IMG/VR virus record: IMGVR_UViG_3300009157_000001
Span: 1-64,000 of that record
Strand: one strand, 5' to 3'
Length of the DNA: 64,000 bases
Origin: a virus
This document shows positions 49,987-59,018 of the stretch, piece after piece. A program made the position numbers and the translations under genes. Each line of letters opens with the position of its first letter. Within the stretch, counting starts at the first letter, position 1. The notes under the pieces are model-generated. The model worked only from the letters and a program-made list of their open reading frames with translations, had not been told where the DNA came from and did not search any database.

Positions 49987-50311
49987 TACTACCAAGTGTT
50001 ACGGACTTACTGAACTTAGAAAGATTGCCATTAAATTAACCAAGTGCCAGGAATCGGATACCCTACTTGTCATAACCACCAAACAGTTAGACAATAGAAA
50101 CCAGACTATTCTTCTGAACGAGAAACAGATACAGAGTCTGTACCTGATCTCAGATCAGAAGGACAAAATAATTGAGGGCAAGAACCAGGATATCTCTAAC
50201 CTGACCCTCACCCTCTCTGACACACAGAAATCATTGAAATTCACTAAGTTAAAATGGTTGGGTACCACACTAGTTCTATCAGTCGGACTTATCTACTTTA
50301 TTGTGAACTAG
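49907..50311 (+). CDS. Putative spanin partner (signal peptide, coiled coil, C-terminal TM)
   Basis: Starts inside the previous gene in another frame; signal peptide ending SGIC-Q. Confidence 0.5.
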   Translation: MSKRSSLYLVLLFFSVIPLSGICQVSDTTKCYGLTELRKIAIKLTKCQESDTLLVITTKQLDNRNQTILLNEKQIQSLYLISDQKDKIIEGKNQDISNLTLTLSDTQKSLKFTKLKWLGTTLVLSVGLIYFIVN

Positions 50312-50651
50312 CCTTTGCTTTAAGAACTGTATTGTAGAACCAGGAAAATACTACATTCCACACTACCCCTAGCAAAATCAGATATACCAGTTTATCCAAC
50401 CAAGAATCTATCCAGGAAGGACTAAGGCATATAGCAATACATAGGAGAATGATCATAATACTCTTGAATAGGTGCCATGCATCAAATTTCCACCTTGTAA
50501 GTGGTGCATACTGAGCCTCTTTCCAACTTATGTCCGGGTTCCAGAACTTGGGGTTCTTGTCTTTAAAGATACTCACATAAAAATGATGGGCCAGGGTATC
50601 CATGACAGCATTACAGATAGCAGCCAGACAAACCAGGATTACAGAGATCAT
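50298..50651 (-). CDS. Membrane protein
   Basis: Three hydrophobic segments; DAWHLFK motif. Confidence 0.65.
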   Translation of the reverse strand: MISVILVCLAAICNAVMDTLAHHFYVSIFKDKNPKFWNPDISWKEAQYAPLTRWKFDAWHLFKSIMIILLCIAICLSPSWIDSWLDKLVYLILLGVVWNVVFSWFYNTVLKAKASSQ

Positions 50652-50878
50652 ATTGACCCCTTTCTCCTGAGTCTTTTAAAAGTCACCCAGGTCCCTACAA
50701 AGTTGCCAACATTGATTCCTACAAGGAATAAAGCTACCCATGGAGTTTCCGGGACCAGTTCCCATACAAAGAACAGATCAAACAATACCACCAGGGTAAA
50801 GATGATCAGGAACCAACTGTGAACTACTGCAAAGCTCTTCCTCCACAGGAAGAACTGGAAAAAGGTCATCTTCTTCAT
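50648..50878 (-). CDS. Small membrane protein
   Basis: Two TM segments; ATGA-coupled. Confidence 0.55.
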   Translation of the reverse strand: MKKMTFFQFFLWRKSFAVVHSWFLIIFTLVVLFDLFFVWELVPETPWVALFLVGINVGNFVGTWVTFKRLRRKGSI

Positions 50879-51264
50879 ATGAATAGTTTATAAATTATTA
50901 CTAAGAGGGACTGACAGAGAAACTGATCTATCCCTAAAATCATGAAAGAGTTGGTATGCTCCCGATTTCTCTCAAATTTGGCTATAAGCCGGGAAGAGAA
51001 GTATTTCACTATCCAGTGACTTAGATAAGTCAAGGGTAATACTGCTATAAATCTCATAAGGTTAAACTCCTCAGGTTTATGAGCTATAACCATCAAAGCT
51101 ACAAAAAGCCAGCCCATAGATAGCATAAGACTATACATACCAGAATGAATGCTTAACCAAAGTATCCCCCGGCTCTTCTTAGCAGCCATCTCTGGGGTCT
51201 GACATATGTAGTCTCCCACAAAATGAGCTGCCAGTAGTACTATTATTGGTATAGTCTCCATCAT
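50875..51264 (-). CDS. DUF3307-like membrane protein
   Basis: AHFVGDY..Q...MA..K...H..Y...SH...GIDQ. Confidence 0.75.
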   Translation of the reverse strand: MMETIPIIVLLAAHFVGDYICQTPEMAAKKSRGILWLSIHSGMYSLMLSMGWLFVALMVIAHKPEEFNLMRFIAVLPLTYLSHWIVKYFSSRLIAKFERNREHTNSFMILGIDQFLCQSLLVIIYKLFI

Positions 51265-51265
51265 C

Positions 51266-51475
51266 TTATACTTTATTTAGTTTAGACATCTTACGACAGT
51301 GCTTGCAATACATCCTGGCATAGATCCAGAACTCTTTTTCTATCTCTTCCTTAGTCCATTCATGATCTGCAGGTCTTGGACTAAACTCACAAGGAAGTCC
51401 TTCCTGAACCTTACTGGTCCAGTGATGGTATCCGAAGATATAACAATTAATCCAGTTTAGCAATTTCTTTCCCAT
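51266..51475 (-). CDS. Small Cys/His protein
   Basis: C.IFG.H.W...CKHC. Confidence 0.55.
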   Translation of the reverse strand: MGKKLLNWINCYIFGYHHWTSKVQEGLPCEFSPRPADHEWTKEEIEKEFWIYARMYCKHCRKMSKLNKV

Positions 51476-51486
51476 AGTTCTTAGTT

Positions 51487-51777
51487 TTATTGTTCTCCAA
51501 ACCCCATTCTCAGGACATTAGCTCTACTTTTTATCCTGGAAATGCACTGATCAATGGCACCTTCCAGTATCTCTCTAAGTTCTGTCTGAAACTCTCGGTC
51601 CATATAGATAGGGCATGTGTCTGCAAATTCATCAATCCTAACCATAGTAGAACTTCCCTGCTTCAGTTCAAAAGGATATGCTCTGAAATTTATCTGATTA
51701 AGCTTATCTTTGAGATCATTGAGAGCTCTTGAATCTCTAACCAGATTATTTATCTTATTTAGTCTTTCTTCTGTCAT
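51487..51777 (-). CDS. Hypothetical protein
   Basis: Start moved to MTEERL, just after the UDG stop. Confidence 0.5.
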   Translation of the reverse strand: MTEERLNKINNLVRDSRALNDLKDKLNQINFRAYPFELKQGSSTMVRIDEFADTCPIYMDREFQTELREILEGAIDQCISRIKSRANVLRMGFGEQ

Positions 51778-51779
51778 GA

Positions 51780-52493
51780 TTACCAGGTTATTCCAGTTCC
51801 ATTTTGACCAATTAGTATATTGTTCACTTTTTGAAATACATCCCCAGAATCCCACTTCTCCTGTCTATTATGAGCAGCAGCTGCGGGATGCACTGTAAAG
51901 ATCTTGTGGTTCACATCCGGAATGGATTCAGACCACTCCTGAGCCTTCTTACCCATAAATATATATACCAGACCGGTATTAGTAAAACAGAGGACATCAA
52001 AGAGATATGCCATAAAAGGCTGCCAGATATTATAATGCTGACCTATCTTACCTACCGTGGTAGTCAGGGCACAGTTTAGCATCAGTACTCCTTGATTAGA
52101 CCATCTTTTAAGATCCAGTTGGTCCTTGTAAGGATAAGGATCCCCTTTATATACAGTTCTCTCTATCTCCTCAAACATGAATCTTAAGGAAGGTTGAGCT
52201 TTCTCCATCAAACTGCATGAAGTAGCTATCCCATCAGCACAATTGACGAAAGGATAAGGATCCTGAAGTAACATAATAACTCTCAGGTCCGAGTACTTAC
52301 ACTCCTCAAAAGCCCTAAAGACAAGTTTAAGAGGAGGAGTAAATCTTCTTCCTTCCCGAGACTCCTTTGCTAGGTATTCCAAGAGCTTATCCATATCTTC
52401 TGATAATAGAAATGCCTTGAGCTTGTCGGCCCAACCGGAAGGCCGGAGTCTTTCATACAACTTGGACTTTATATCCTGAATATTTACACTCAT
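51780..52493 (-). CDS. ung: Uracil-DNA glycosylase (family 1)
   Basis: QDPYP, ADG, PSLR, QGVLMLN.ALT, HP motifs. Confidence 0.92.
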   Translation of the reverse strand: MSVNIQDIKSKLYERLRPSGWADKLKAFLLSEDMDKLLEYLAKESREGRRFTPPLKLVFRAFEECKYSDLRVIMLLQDPYPFVNCADGIATSCSLMEKAQPSLRFMFEEIERTVYKGDPYPYKDQLDLKRWSNQGVLMLNCALTTTVGKIGQHYNIWQPFMAYLFDVLCFTNTGLVYIFMGKKAQEWSESIPDVNHKIFTVHPAAAAHNRQEKWDSGDVFQKVNNILIGQNGTGITW

Positions 52494-52765
52494 GGTATCT
52501 GATGAGTTGTATGAAACCTTACCCGGGGGAGATAACCTATCTCTGCCAGGCTTCCTTTTTTAACCTTCTTTTTGGGGATTCTCTTAGTCTTGATCTCGAT
52601 AATACACTCTTCTCTAATTTCCAGATCCTTAATAGTCTTCTCCAGAAAGTTAAGAACCTCATTTAAGACTCGATACTCCTTTTTTTCATAGAGAGTATGA
52701 AGATTTGATCTTTGTACCCTGAGGTTGTCATACCAGTTCTCTAAATCTTTAAGATTTACTTTCAT
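52490..52765 (-). CDS. Hypothetical protein
   Basis: Start at MKVNLK; ATGA overlap with ung. Confidence 0.5.
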   Translation of the reverse strand: MKVNLKDLENWYDNLRVQRSNLHTLYEKKEYRVLNEVLNFLEKTIKDLEIREECIIEIKTKRIPKKKVKKGSLAEIGYLPRVRFHTTHQIP

Positions 52766-52782
52766 ATTACACTTTTTAAGTT

Positions 52783-52790
52783 TAAATTTG
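52783..52790 (+). promoter_or_regulatory. Bacteroidota -7 promoter element
   Basis: TAAATTTG ends 4 nt before the ATG at 52795 of an isolated + strand gene. Confidence 0.55.
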
Positions 52791-52794
52791 CTCC

Positions 52795-53088
52795 ATGATA
52801 AAGACCAGAGCAATAGAACCAGATTCACTCATTGACATCAAAGTCAGTGGGTACTTCTATGGAAGACTCCAAGTCTTATTAATATGGCTTGCTAGTCACT
52901 ATGAAGAAAAAGACTTCATAAAGCATATGCAAATCATAAAAGACAAGGAGGTCGATTTAAAGACCCATCCCGAGGCTTATAACCTGGAGACAGTACTGTC
53001 TATCATAAATGAGCTAGAAGTCTCTGCTAAAGACCAGGATAAAGTCAAAGAGGTAGAAATTCCAGAGGAAGGAGCTAGTCCTACCTAA
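52795..53088 (+). CDS. Hypothetical protein (isolated + strand gene)
   Basis: 97 aa filling the gap between - strand genes. Confidence 0.65.
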   Translation: MIKTRAIEPDSLIDIKVSGYFYGRLQVLLIWLASHYEEKDFIKHMQIIKDKEVDLKTHPEAYNLETVLSIINELEVSAKDQDKVKEVEIPEEGASPT

Positions 53089-53491
53089 GGTTTATATTGA
53101 CCAGATCTCCTGCTTCTATACAGGCCTGGATAAATAGACCAAGTTCTTCTACACTGCACTTGCTTAGGGATTTGCATATTATATACATCTCTCCTTCAAG
53201 TTCTTTCTTGACACAGAGTCCAGCTTTCTTCTTAATTTCGAGTTTAAGATCTTCAAAACTGTACCCCATCTCTGGGGCTAGTAGTCTTACACACTTATGG
53301 GCCTTGGCCAGTTGAGCCAAGGTCTTATTCTCAGTATTAGCATCAAAGAAGGCATCTACTACCTGACCTTCTTCTAATAAGTTGACAAAGTCTGTATACC
53401 TGATATCCCCACCACTCATAGCATTGGTGAGTTTACCATTCTCCTTCTTCAGGAGTATATGAAGCATGTTATCCTTTTGCTTCTTCCCCAT
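53081..53491 (-). CDS. NinB-like protein
   Basis: KTLAQ..H...LA..MGY...K...KSLSKCSVEELGLFI. Confidence 0.55.
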   Translation of the reverse strand: MGKKQKDNMLHILLKKENGKLTNAMSGGDIRYTDFVNLLEEGQVVDAFFDANTENKTLAQLAKAHKCVRLLAPEMGYSFEDLKLEIKKKAGLCVKKELEGEMYIICKSLSKCSVEELGLFIQACIEAGDLVNINLR

Positions 53492-53996
53492 CTTGCTGAG
53501 TTGTGGCTTTGTTAGAATTGAGCCTGATCACTAACTGACTTATCTCATTCCTAAACTTCTGGATATCTTTCTCCAGGTTTGCTATTTTCTTATTCTTGTT
53601 AGTGATTTCATTCTTTAGAGAAGTTACATACTGATCCTTTTTGAACTGGTCCATTTCCTCTTTGGAAAAATGGATCTTAAACTTCTCTCCAACAGCTTTC
53701 TCTAGTACTTTCTTTTCTTTCTCAAGCTCTTCTATCTTCCTTCTTAGTTCTACAAGTTCACCATGTTGAGTCTTTACTATAACTCTATCTGGAAGTTTTT
53801 GAGGCTCAGTATTTTGATCTGCTTCTTTCCACTCTACATATATCCTTACAATACCTTTTTCTTTATGTATCCAACTCATTGCATGCCTTACATCACTATC
53901 GAGGTGGCATCCTAAAATAGGGAAGAGTTGATATTTAGACACATTATTTTTGGTAAGATGCCAACTATAATCTATACCATTAGGAGTCTTCTCCAC
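53469..53996 (-). CDS. Coiled-coil protein
   Basis: 175 aa with long heptad C-terminal half. Confidence 0.55.
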   Translation of the reverse strand: MEKTPNGIDYSWHLTKNNVSKYQLFPILGCHLDSDVRHAMSWIHKEKGIVRIYVEWKEADQNTEPQKLPDRVIVKTQHGELVELRRKIEELEKEKKVLEKAVGEKFKIHFSKEEMDQFKKDQYVTSLKNEITNKNKKIANLEKDIQKFRNEISQLVIRLNSNKATTQQDGEEAKG

Positions 53997-54186
53997 GATC
54001 CAGTATTACACCAATAGCAGAAGCCCCTCTCGGACTAGATTTCTCGTCAAAGAGAACCCTATCATCCATCTTAATCTTATCTATGCACCCACTTACATGA
54101 GTGAATATATCAGGTCCACCATCATCAGGAGTGATGAACCCGTATTTTTTGTCCTGGTTAAAGAATTTAACTTTTCCCTTCCTCAT
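53980..54186 (-). CDS. Cold-shock domain protein (CspA family)
   Basis: GKVKFFN..KKYGFI...DIFTHVS (RNP1/RNP2); start at MRKGKV. Confidence 0.9.
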   Translation of the reverse strand: MRKGKVKFFNQDKKYGFITPDDGGPDIFTHVSGCIDKIKMDDRVLFDEKSSPRGASAIGVILDRGEDS

Positions 54187-54796
54187 CTTCTTCTGTTTTT
54201 TGTTGTTCTTTTCTGGTAAGCCAGACAGGAAAGACACTTTGGTCCATTCCCATTTCTCTGGTAAATTCTTCTACAAGTTTACACATATCACTTCTGTTAT
54301 ACAAATCCTTTCTTGTAGTTGCAGCAAGATGAAACCTCTTCTTAGGAATTAATAAAGCAACTGATTGTTTCTCACAGCATTCCTTACAGAGCTTCTGCTT
54401 GGGATATCCCTCAAAATCATTACTACAGAGTCTACACTGTAAGGCAGAGTGACCGGAATAAAAAGGGGTAGGACTTATCTTAGCCTCAACTATAACTCCC
54501 TTATCCAGTTCATCATTCCTAATAATGGGCATCCACTGATGATACTTTATTTTTACCTCAGGACCATCTGTTGGAAAAGGAACAAAGACCGGATAAGCTA
54601 ATCTATCCAGTTCCATAATCTCTTCCCCCTGTACAGTATCTTCTCTTAAGAAATACCAATTCCCAGACGTAGCCAGATGAGTTAGGGTACCTACTGAGAG
54701 ACTTTTCTTCTGCCAATCAAATCTTATAACCCGGAGACCCTCAATGATTTCCTCCTTCTTGTAATCTCTGCTTTCTATATGTCCACTTAGTATCAT
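54167..54796 (-). CDS. Hypothetical protein with CxxC...CxxC
   Basis: CRLC...CKEC. Confidence 0.55.
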   Translation of the reverse strand: MILSGHIESRDYKKEEIIEGLRVIRFDWQKKSLSVGTLTHLATSGNWYFLREDTVQGEEIMELDRLAYPVFVPFPTDGPEVKIKYHQWMPIIRNDELDKGVIVEAKISPTPFYSGHSALQCRLCSNDFEGYPKQKLCKECCEKQSVALLIPKKRFHLAATTRKDLYNRSDMCKLVEEFTREMGMDQSVFPVWLTRKEQQKTEEDEEGKS

Positions 54797-55368
54797 CAGG
54801 TTTTGATTCTTGGCATTATTATAGCAACTCTTTCTGATACTGAATACTCCTTAAAAGTAAGAAGTACACTATCTTTTGCTGACTTAAAAGTACATATAAG
54901 AGCACCTTCCTTATCATCAAACCCAAGGACTTCCTGACAAGCAAGAAGAGCTTTTGGATTAATACTTATGCTCTTATCCCAAATAATCTTAGTTCTTGTC
55001 TTGACCAATCTCTCTTTTATAAGTTTGTCAATAGAGTTTACAAACTTCTGGGAGGGAAGATCTGTCTCCTCTGGTTCATACTTCCAATCAACCCCCTTTT
55101 CTATTCCTATAATACATTTGGTATAAATAAAAGGAACATAAGCCCTCTTGTTTTTCTGATAAAGTTCCTGGTAAATATACCAAGGAACTGATGCAAAGTT
55201 CAGACAAACCGGAAGATCATCCATTTTCATTCTTACTGCCATAAAACCATTGGTTGCATAAGCATACTTATCTGTGAAATGAACCTTTGTCATGATAGGT
55301 CTGATATCATCTTTGCTACATACTTTGTGTAATGGTATATCAAAGATACTTTCTATTCTTTTTGCCAT
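54796..55368 (-). CDS. Beta-clamp-like fold protein (partial similarity)
   Basis: SKDDIRPIM..V...YATNG and C-terminal IIMP resemble DnaN domains 2-3. Confidence 0.5.
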   Translation of the reverse strand: MAKRIESIFDIPLHKVCSKDDIRPIMTKVHFTDKYAYATNGFMAVRMKMDDLPVCLNFASVPWYIYQELYQKNKRAYVPFIYTKCIIGIEKGVDWKYEPEETDLPSQKFVNSIDKLIKERLVKTRTKIIWDKSISINPKALLACQEVLGFDDKEGALICTFKSAKDSVLLTFKEYSVSERVAIIMPRIKT

Positions 55369-55949
55369 AGTTTATACTTGTTAATTAATCTGTGATTGTA
55401 ATTAGTGCTCATTCTGATATTATCACTGAATCCATCGTGTTGAATAGCAACCATAGGATAGCATAGATGACTAAGATAATTCCCGTGTCTTTTACTCCCT
55501 ATCCACTTATCCAGGTTAGTATTCTCATCAGCTCCTAGAAAAGTATCATAAAACCGGTGACTTACCATATAACAGTGAAGTCCACTGAATTCTCTGACTT
55601 GGGCCAGTTCTTCTGTGATTGGATATATCTTACCTTCATATACTCCCGATAAATAGATATTCCAGTCAACTGGTAGATCCTTTTTAAGGTTAAGGAATCT
55701 CTGGTAAGATCCTTCAGATGTAAATTTTATATCATCCTCCCAGATGTTTACTTCAGACCACCCTTCCTGTTTAGCCCATCTAACACAGTTTTTATGTGCC
55801 TGGGAGATGTTTACCACAGGTTTCTTAGAAGTATGTACTGAAGGCATCAGGGCATAATCACTTATACCCTGCTCCTTCAGTTCTTTCTCAAGGGTCTCCC
55901 AGCGATCTTTTCTAAGAGGATTGTGAATTATTAAGACCTTAGTTGACAA
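55353..55949 (-). CDS. Glycosyltransferase family 25-like
   Basis: R.DR; AH...A...IWEDD; LP.DW.IY; HCYMV. Confidence 0.75.
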   Translation of the reverse strand: MSTKVLIIHNPLRKDRWETLEKELKEQGISDYALMPSVHTSKKPVVNISQAHKNCVRWAKQEGWSEVNIWEDDIKFTSEGSYQRFLNLKKDLPVDWNIYLSGVYEGKIYPITEELAQVREFSGLHCYMVSHRFYDTFLGADENTNLDKWIGSKRHGNYLSHLCYPMVAIQHDGFSDNIRMSTNYNHRLINKYKLWQKE

Positions 55950-56199
55950 GTTCTATTGAGGTTCCTTTAGGTAATGCATTGTAGTCCTCACCACTTACAT
56001 CAGATTCCCAGGTCTTACCTATATCCGGTGAGCTAGGATTTTTCTTATCGTGTAATACTGTTACATATGTTGCAGAAGCAGAACCATCCTCCTTCTTATC
56101 ATTGCTCTTGGTTACAAGTACAATTTGTCCGTACTTACTTACCATCAATCTGGGGAACTCCCCTGTGTTCTTCTCAATTGGTTTATAGGTTACTTGCAT
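55939..56199 (-). CDS. Hypothetical protein
   Basis: Start at MQVTYK after the leader AAAACCAATAATAATT; the same leader precedes the gene starting at 57265. Confidence 0.6.
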   Translation of the reverse strand: MQVTYKPIEKNTGEFPRLMVSKYGQIVLVTKSNDKKEDGSASATYVTVLHDKKNPSSPDIGKTWESDVSGEDYNALPKGTSIELVN

Positions 56200-56217
56200 A
56201 ATTATTATTGGTTTTAG

Positions 56218-56303
56218 TTGTGATGACTGGCATCGAACCAGCAACCTCCAGTCAGAAATGGGTTCAGAACTGACTGGTGCTCTACCAATTGAGCTACACC
56301 ACA
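56218..56303 (-). tRNA. tRNA-like element with extended anticodon arm (no assignable anticodon)
   Basis: Acceptor TGTGGTG/CATCACA; D arm GCTC-AATTGGTA-GAGC; 8-bp stem CCAGTCAG/CTGACTGG with 14-nt loop; T arm GCTGG-TTCGATG-CCAGT; ends A-CTA. Confidence 0.8.
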
Positions 56304-56310
56304 AACTTCT

Positions 56311-56646
56311 TTATATTTCCTCAATCTCAGCAGTTAGGCCGTTCTCAAGGAGTGCTTCACAAATAGGTAGGAGCTTGTCATAAGTCCCTCTCTTAACATC
56401 ACACCGACCATTATTGTGGACGATAAGAGCACACTGGTGCCCTTGATGAACCGAGTGTTTACAGTACTTGACTAAACACTCAATGACATGATCAAAAGAA
56501 TTGAAATCATCATTAATTAAAACAATAGACTTCTGTCTATCTTTCTTTTCTTTAACAATGACTTCTTCTTCATCCTGCCACTGAGGATTGAACTTAACCA
56601 GGAGAGGATCATCTCCTCTTCCTGGTCTTGGTTTTTCTCTTTGCAT
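56311..56646 (-). CDS. clpS: Clp protease adaptor ClpS
   Basis: IVLINDDFNSFDHVIECL...LIVHNNGRCDVKRG...GLTAEI; start uncertain. Confidence 0.85.
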   Translation of the reverse strand: MQREKPRPGRGDDPLLVKFNPQWQDEEEVIVKEKKDRQKSIVLINDDFNSFDHVIECLVKYCKHSVHQGHQCALIVHNNGRCDVKRGTYDKLLPICEALLENGLTAEIEEI

Positions 56647-56938
56647 TTTTCCTAGGTTTAGATTTAACCTTCTTTTTCTTGAGTTTTGGAAAGTAGGCCT
56701 TGGCAAATACTTTGTTGTAGTCAGCAAGCATTTTCCTGGGATCTACCTCTATGCAAGAACTAGTATTCTCCCTTACTTTAAGTATAGAAGCTTTACCACC
56801 ATCTGGAGAAGTTCTCATTATAACTCCTTCAAGATACACTCCTCCATAAGAATCATCCCCAACATGACTTACCTTTATAGGCCCTCTATAAGGAAGCCAG
56901 TATACCTTACCTATCTTAAACTCTTTTTTCTTAGCCAT
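56609..56938 (-). CDS. Basic hypothetical protein (weak CarD N-terminal resemblance)
   Basis: FKIGKVYWLPYRGPIKV; K/R-rich tail; TAAATTTG at 56946-56953 upstream. Confidence 0.5.
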   Translation of the reverse strand: MAKKKEFKIGKVYWLPYRGPIKVSHVGDDSYGGVYLEGVIMRTSPDGGKASILKVRENTSSCIEVDPRKMLADYNKVFAKAYFPKLKKKKVKSKPRKNAKRKTKTRKRR

Positions 56939-56950
56939 AATTTTACAAAT

Positions 56951-57265
56951 TTAGTTAATTCTCCAGATACTTGTTCCTTTGTACTTTTTATTCATATCCT
57001 GAATTGCCCTACAAGCATAATCACAGGATTTCATGGTTTTGTACTTCTCCCGGAATTCTGACTTCAGTTTACTTACCAAGTAAGATACTGTTTGTTTATT
57101 AGGAATCTGTGTTCCAGGAACAAATACACTCTTAAATTTATCCACAGGAAGAGCCAGTAGACTTTCTTTGAGATAGTTCATTATCTCAGGACTCATAGAT
57201 CTGGGTCCTGTAAGAGATGTGTCCTCCAGTATCTGGAAGGGGTTTTCTTTGCTTAGTTTAGTCAT
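56951..57265 (-). CDS. Hypothetical protein
   Basis: 104 aa with A-rich leader. Confidence 0.6.
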   Translation of the reverse strand: MTKLSKENPFQILEDTSLTGPRSMSPEIMNYLKESLLALPVDKFKSVFVPGTQIPNKQTVSYLVSKLKSEFREKYKTMKSCDYACRAIQDMNKKYKGTSIWRIN

Positions 57266-57280
57266 AATTATTATTGGTTT

Positions 57281-58366
57281 TTAGTATTCAACATAAGTGA
57301 TTTTTGATTCATCAAAGTCCTCTAAGGCACTTGCCACCCACCGGGTGTCAACTGTGTCCCTATAACAGAGGATATGAACTGTTGCTGTATCTTTTGGGTT
57401 CAGAGAAAGCATTCTACCTATCCTCTGAGCAGTTTTGGTATTATTCCCATAAGAATGAAGAAGAATCCCTTCCTTTAATTCAGGGATTGTAATGCCCTCA
57501 TTCAACTGTAATACACAGGAAAGTCTGATTATTTCCCCACTCTTAAATTTCTGAAGGTTCTCCTCAGAAGTAGGATTCTTACTATGATAACTATAAGGAC
57601 ATAACCGGTCTGCTTGTTCCTGGGTATTAGCAAAGAGTATGCATTTATTCTCAGACTTAAAAAATATCTCTTTTGCAATTACCTCCTTACTAGGAAATCC
57701 CATAAGAGCTTTCATTCTCATAATAGACATAATCTGTTGTTCCTTGGCAGTAGAGGCATTGTCCAGTCTACCACTCCAATACTCATAAGATTTTAACTCT
57801 GAGGTATACCAGGATTTCCCCCGGACTTCTACTTTGAGTGTATTATCTGTAGCTAATGAAAGGTTGTGTATAATGATCCTGTAATCATTTAGGATCTTAT
57901 CTGCTACTGCTTCTTTGACTATGTATTTATAGACAATAGGACAGTACATATCTACCATCTTTCCTTTCTCCGATACAGGAACCCTTGGAGGAGTACCAGT
58001 CAATCCTACAATCTTCCCCTTAAAGTTAGACAACCACTCATCATGATTATACAATAAATTATGACACTCATCCAGATAAACTATATCATAATCCAAAGTC
58101 TGTTTGGTCAAGGAAAGATATGTGGTAAATGTGATATGATCCAATAAATGAACCAGATCAAACTTCTCAGCATCATCTTTCCAGCTCTGGAATATAGACA
58201 ACTTCGGGGCAACTACCAGAACCCTTAAAGTATCTGAGTAGTGGTTGTCCATATGTCTGAGCCCTACAAGAGTTTTACCAACCCGCATTGACACAGCTAT
58301 AGTGCCTCTCTCAACTTTAGACATTGCTTCTAATGCCTCATCTTGCACTATGTTTCTTGTTTTCAT
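57281..58366 (-). CDS. Superfamily 2 helicase (DExH)
   Basis: MRVGKT, DECH, TGTP, LNEG, QRIGR. Confidence 0.9.
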   Translation of the reverse strand: MKTRNIVQDEALEAMSKVERGTIAVSMRVGKTLVGLRHMDNHYSDTLRVLVVAPKLSIFQSWKDDAEKFDLVHLLDHITFTTYLSLTKQTLDYDIVYLDECHNLLYNHDEWLSNFKGKIVGLTGTPPRVPVSEKGKMVDMYCPIVYKYIVKEAVADKILNDYRIIIHNLSLATDNTLKVEVRGKSWYTSELKSYEYWSGRLDNASTAKEQQIMSIMRMKALMGFPSKEVIAKEIFFKSENKCILFANTQEQADRLCPYSYHSKNPTSEENLQKFKSGEIIRLSCVLQLNEGITIPELKEGILLHSYGNNTKTAQRIGRMLSLNPKDTATVHILCYRDTVDTRWVASALEDFDESKITYVEY

Positions 58367-58808
58367 AAGTTACCTTAATTATATACCTTTTCCTAAAAGG
58401 ATAGTTCCATCCTCGAGCTCTTTTAATACTAGTTGCAGAACATCTCAAGTATCTAGCAGCCATCTCCATACTAGGAAAATACATCTGATTCATACTTTCC
58501 TTATCAAAACAACTTACCAAATATCCATCAGTCTTGACTGGCTTTACATAAACTTTACAAGGACAACCTAATTTATAGATAAGGTGGTTATTGAATTTTG
58601 GTTGCTTTCTTCTACCTTTTCCAAGAATGATTTGGGAAATCATAGATTGAATACTTTTTCTAGGAAGATTATACATCCCAAGTAAATATCTAGAAGCATC
58701 ATTCTGAGATTCAGCCTTATACACCTCCTTACACTGAAGAGTATAGACAGTAACTGGAATTTTCTTGTCATCATGAGAAGGATATTTAAGAGTACCTTCT
58801 GCTTTCAT
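58338..58808 (-). CDS. NUMOD1-like DNA-binding repeat protein
   Basis: ESQNDASRYL and FPSMEMAARYL...SI repeats; no nuclease motif seen. Confidence 0.55.
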   Translation of the reverse strand: MKAEGTLKYPSHDDKKIPVTVYTLQCKEVYKAESQNDASRYLLGMYNLPRKSIQSMISQIILGKGRRKQPKFNNHLIYKLGCPCKVYVKPVKTDGYLVSCFDKESMNQMYFPSMEMAARYLRCSATSIKRARGWNYPFRKRYIIKVTYENKKHSAR

Positions 58809-58934
58809 CCTGAATCTGATTCTTATCTTTTTTCATAGTACTTTGTATTAAGGTCCTTTCCAGTTTCCTTACTAAGGTCCTTCTCTGTTCAGTCATTTTC
58901 TGGCAAGAGCCAAAGCTTTATACTTATTTGTAGA

Positions 58935-59010
58935 CAAAGTAGTAGCTACCTGGATGGTTAGAATTGTCATGATTGTAATTCACATCATTCAGTACCTAGC
59001 TAGAGGTAGT
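58935..59010 (-). repeat. DGR template repeat TR-B
   Basis: 76-bp non-coding copy of 59087-59165; 15 of 16 substitutions are at TR adenines (- strand); AAT/AAC/TAC-rich. Confidence 0.92.
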
Positions 59011-59018
59011 ATAAAAGC

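Noticed and set aside
56200-56304. N-terminal 35 aa of the 121-aa ORF 55939-56304
   Set aside because: It is a translation of the tRNA-like element; a better start with an A-rich leader lies at 56199.
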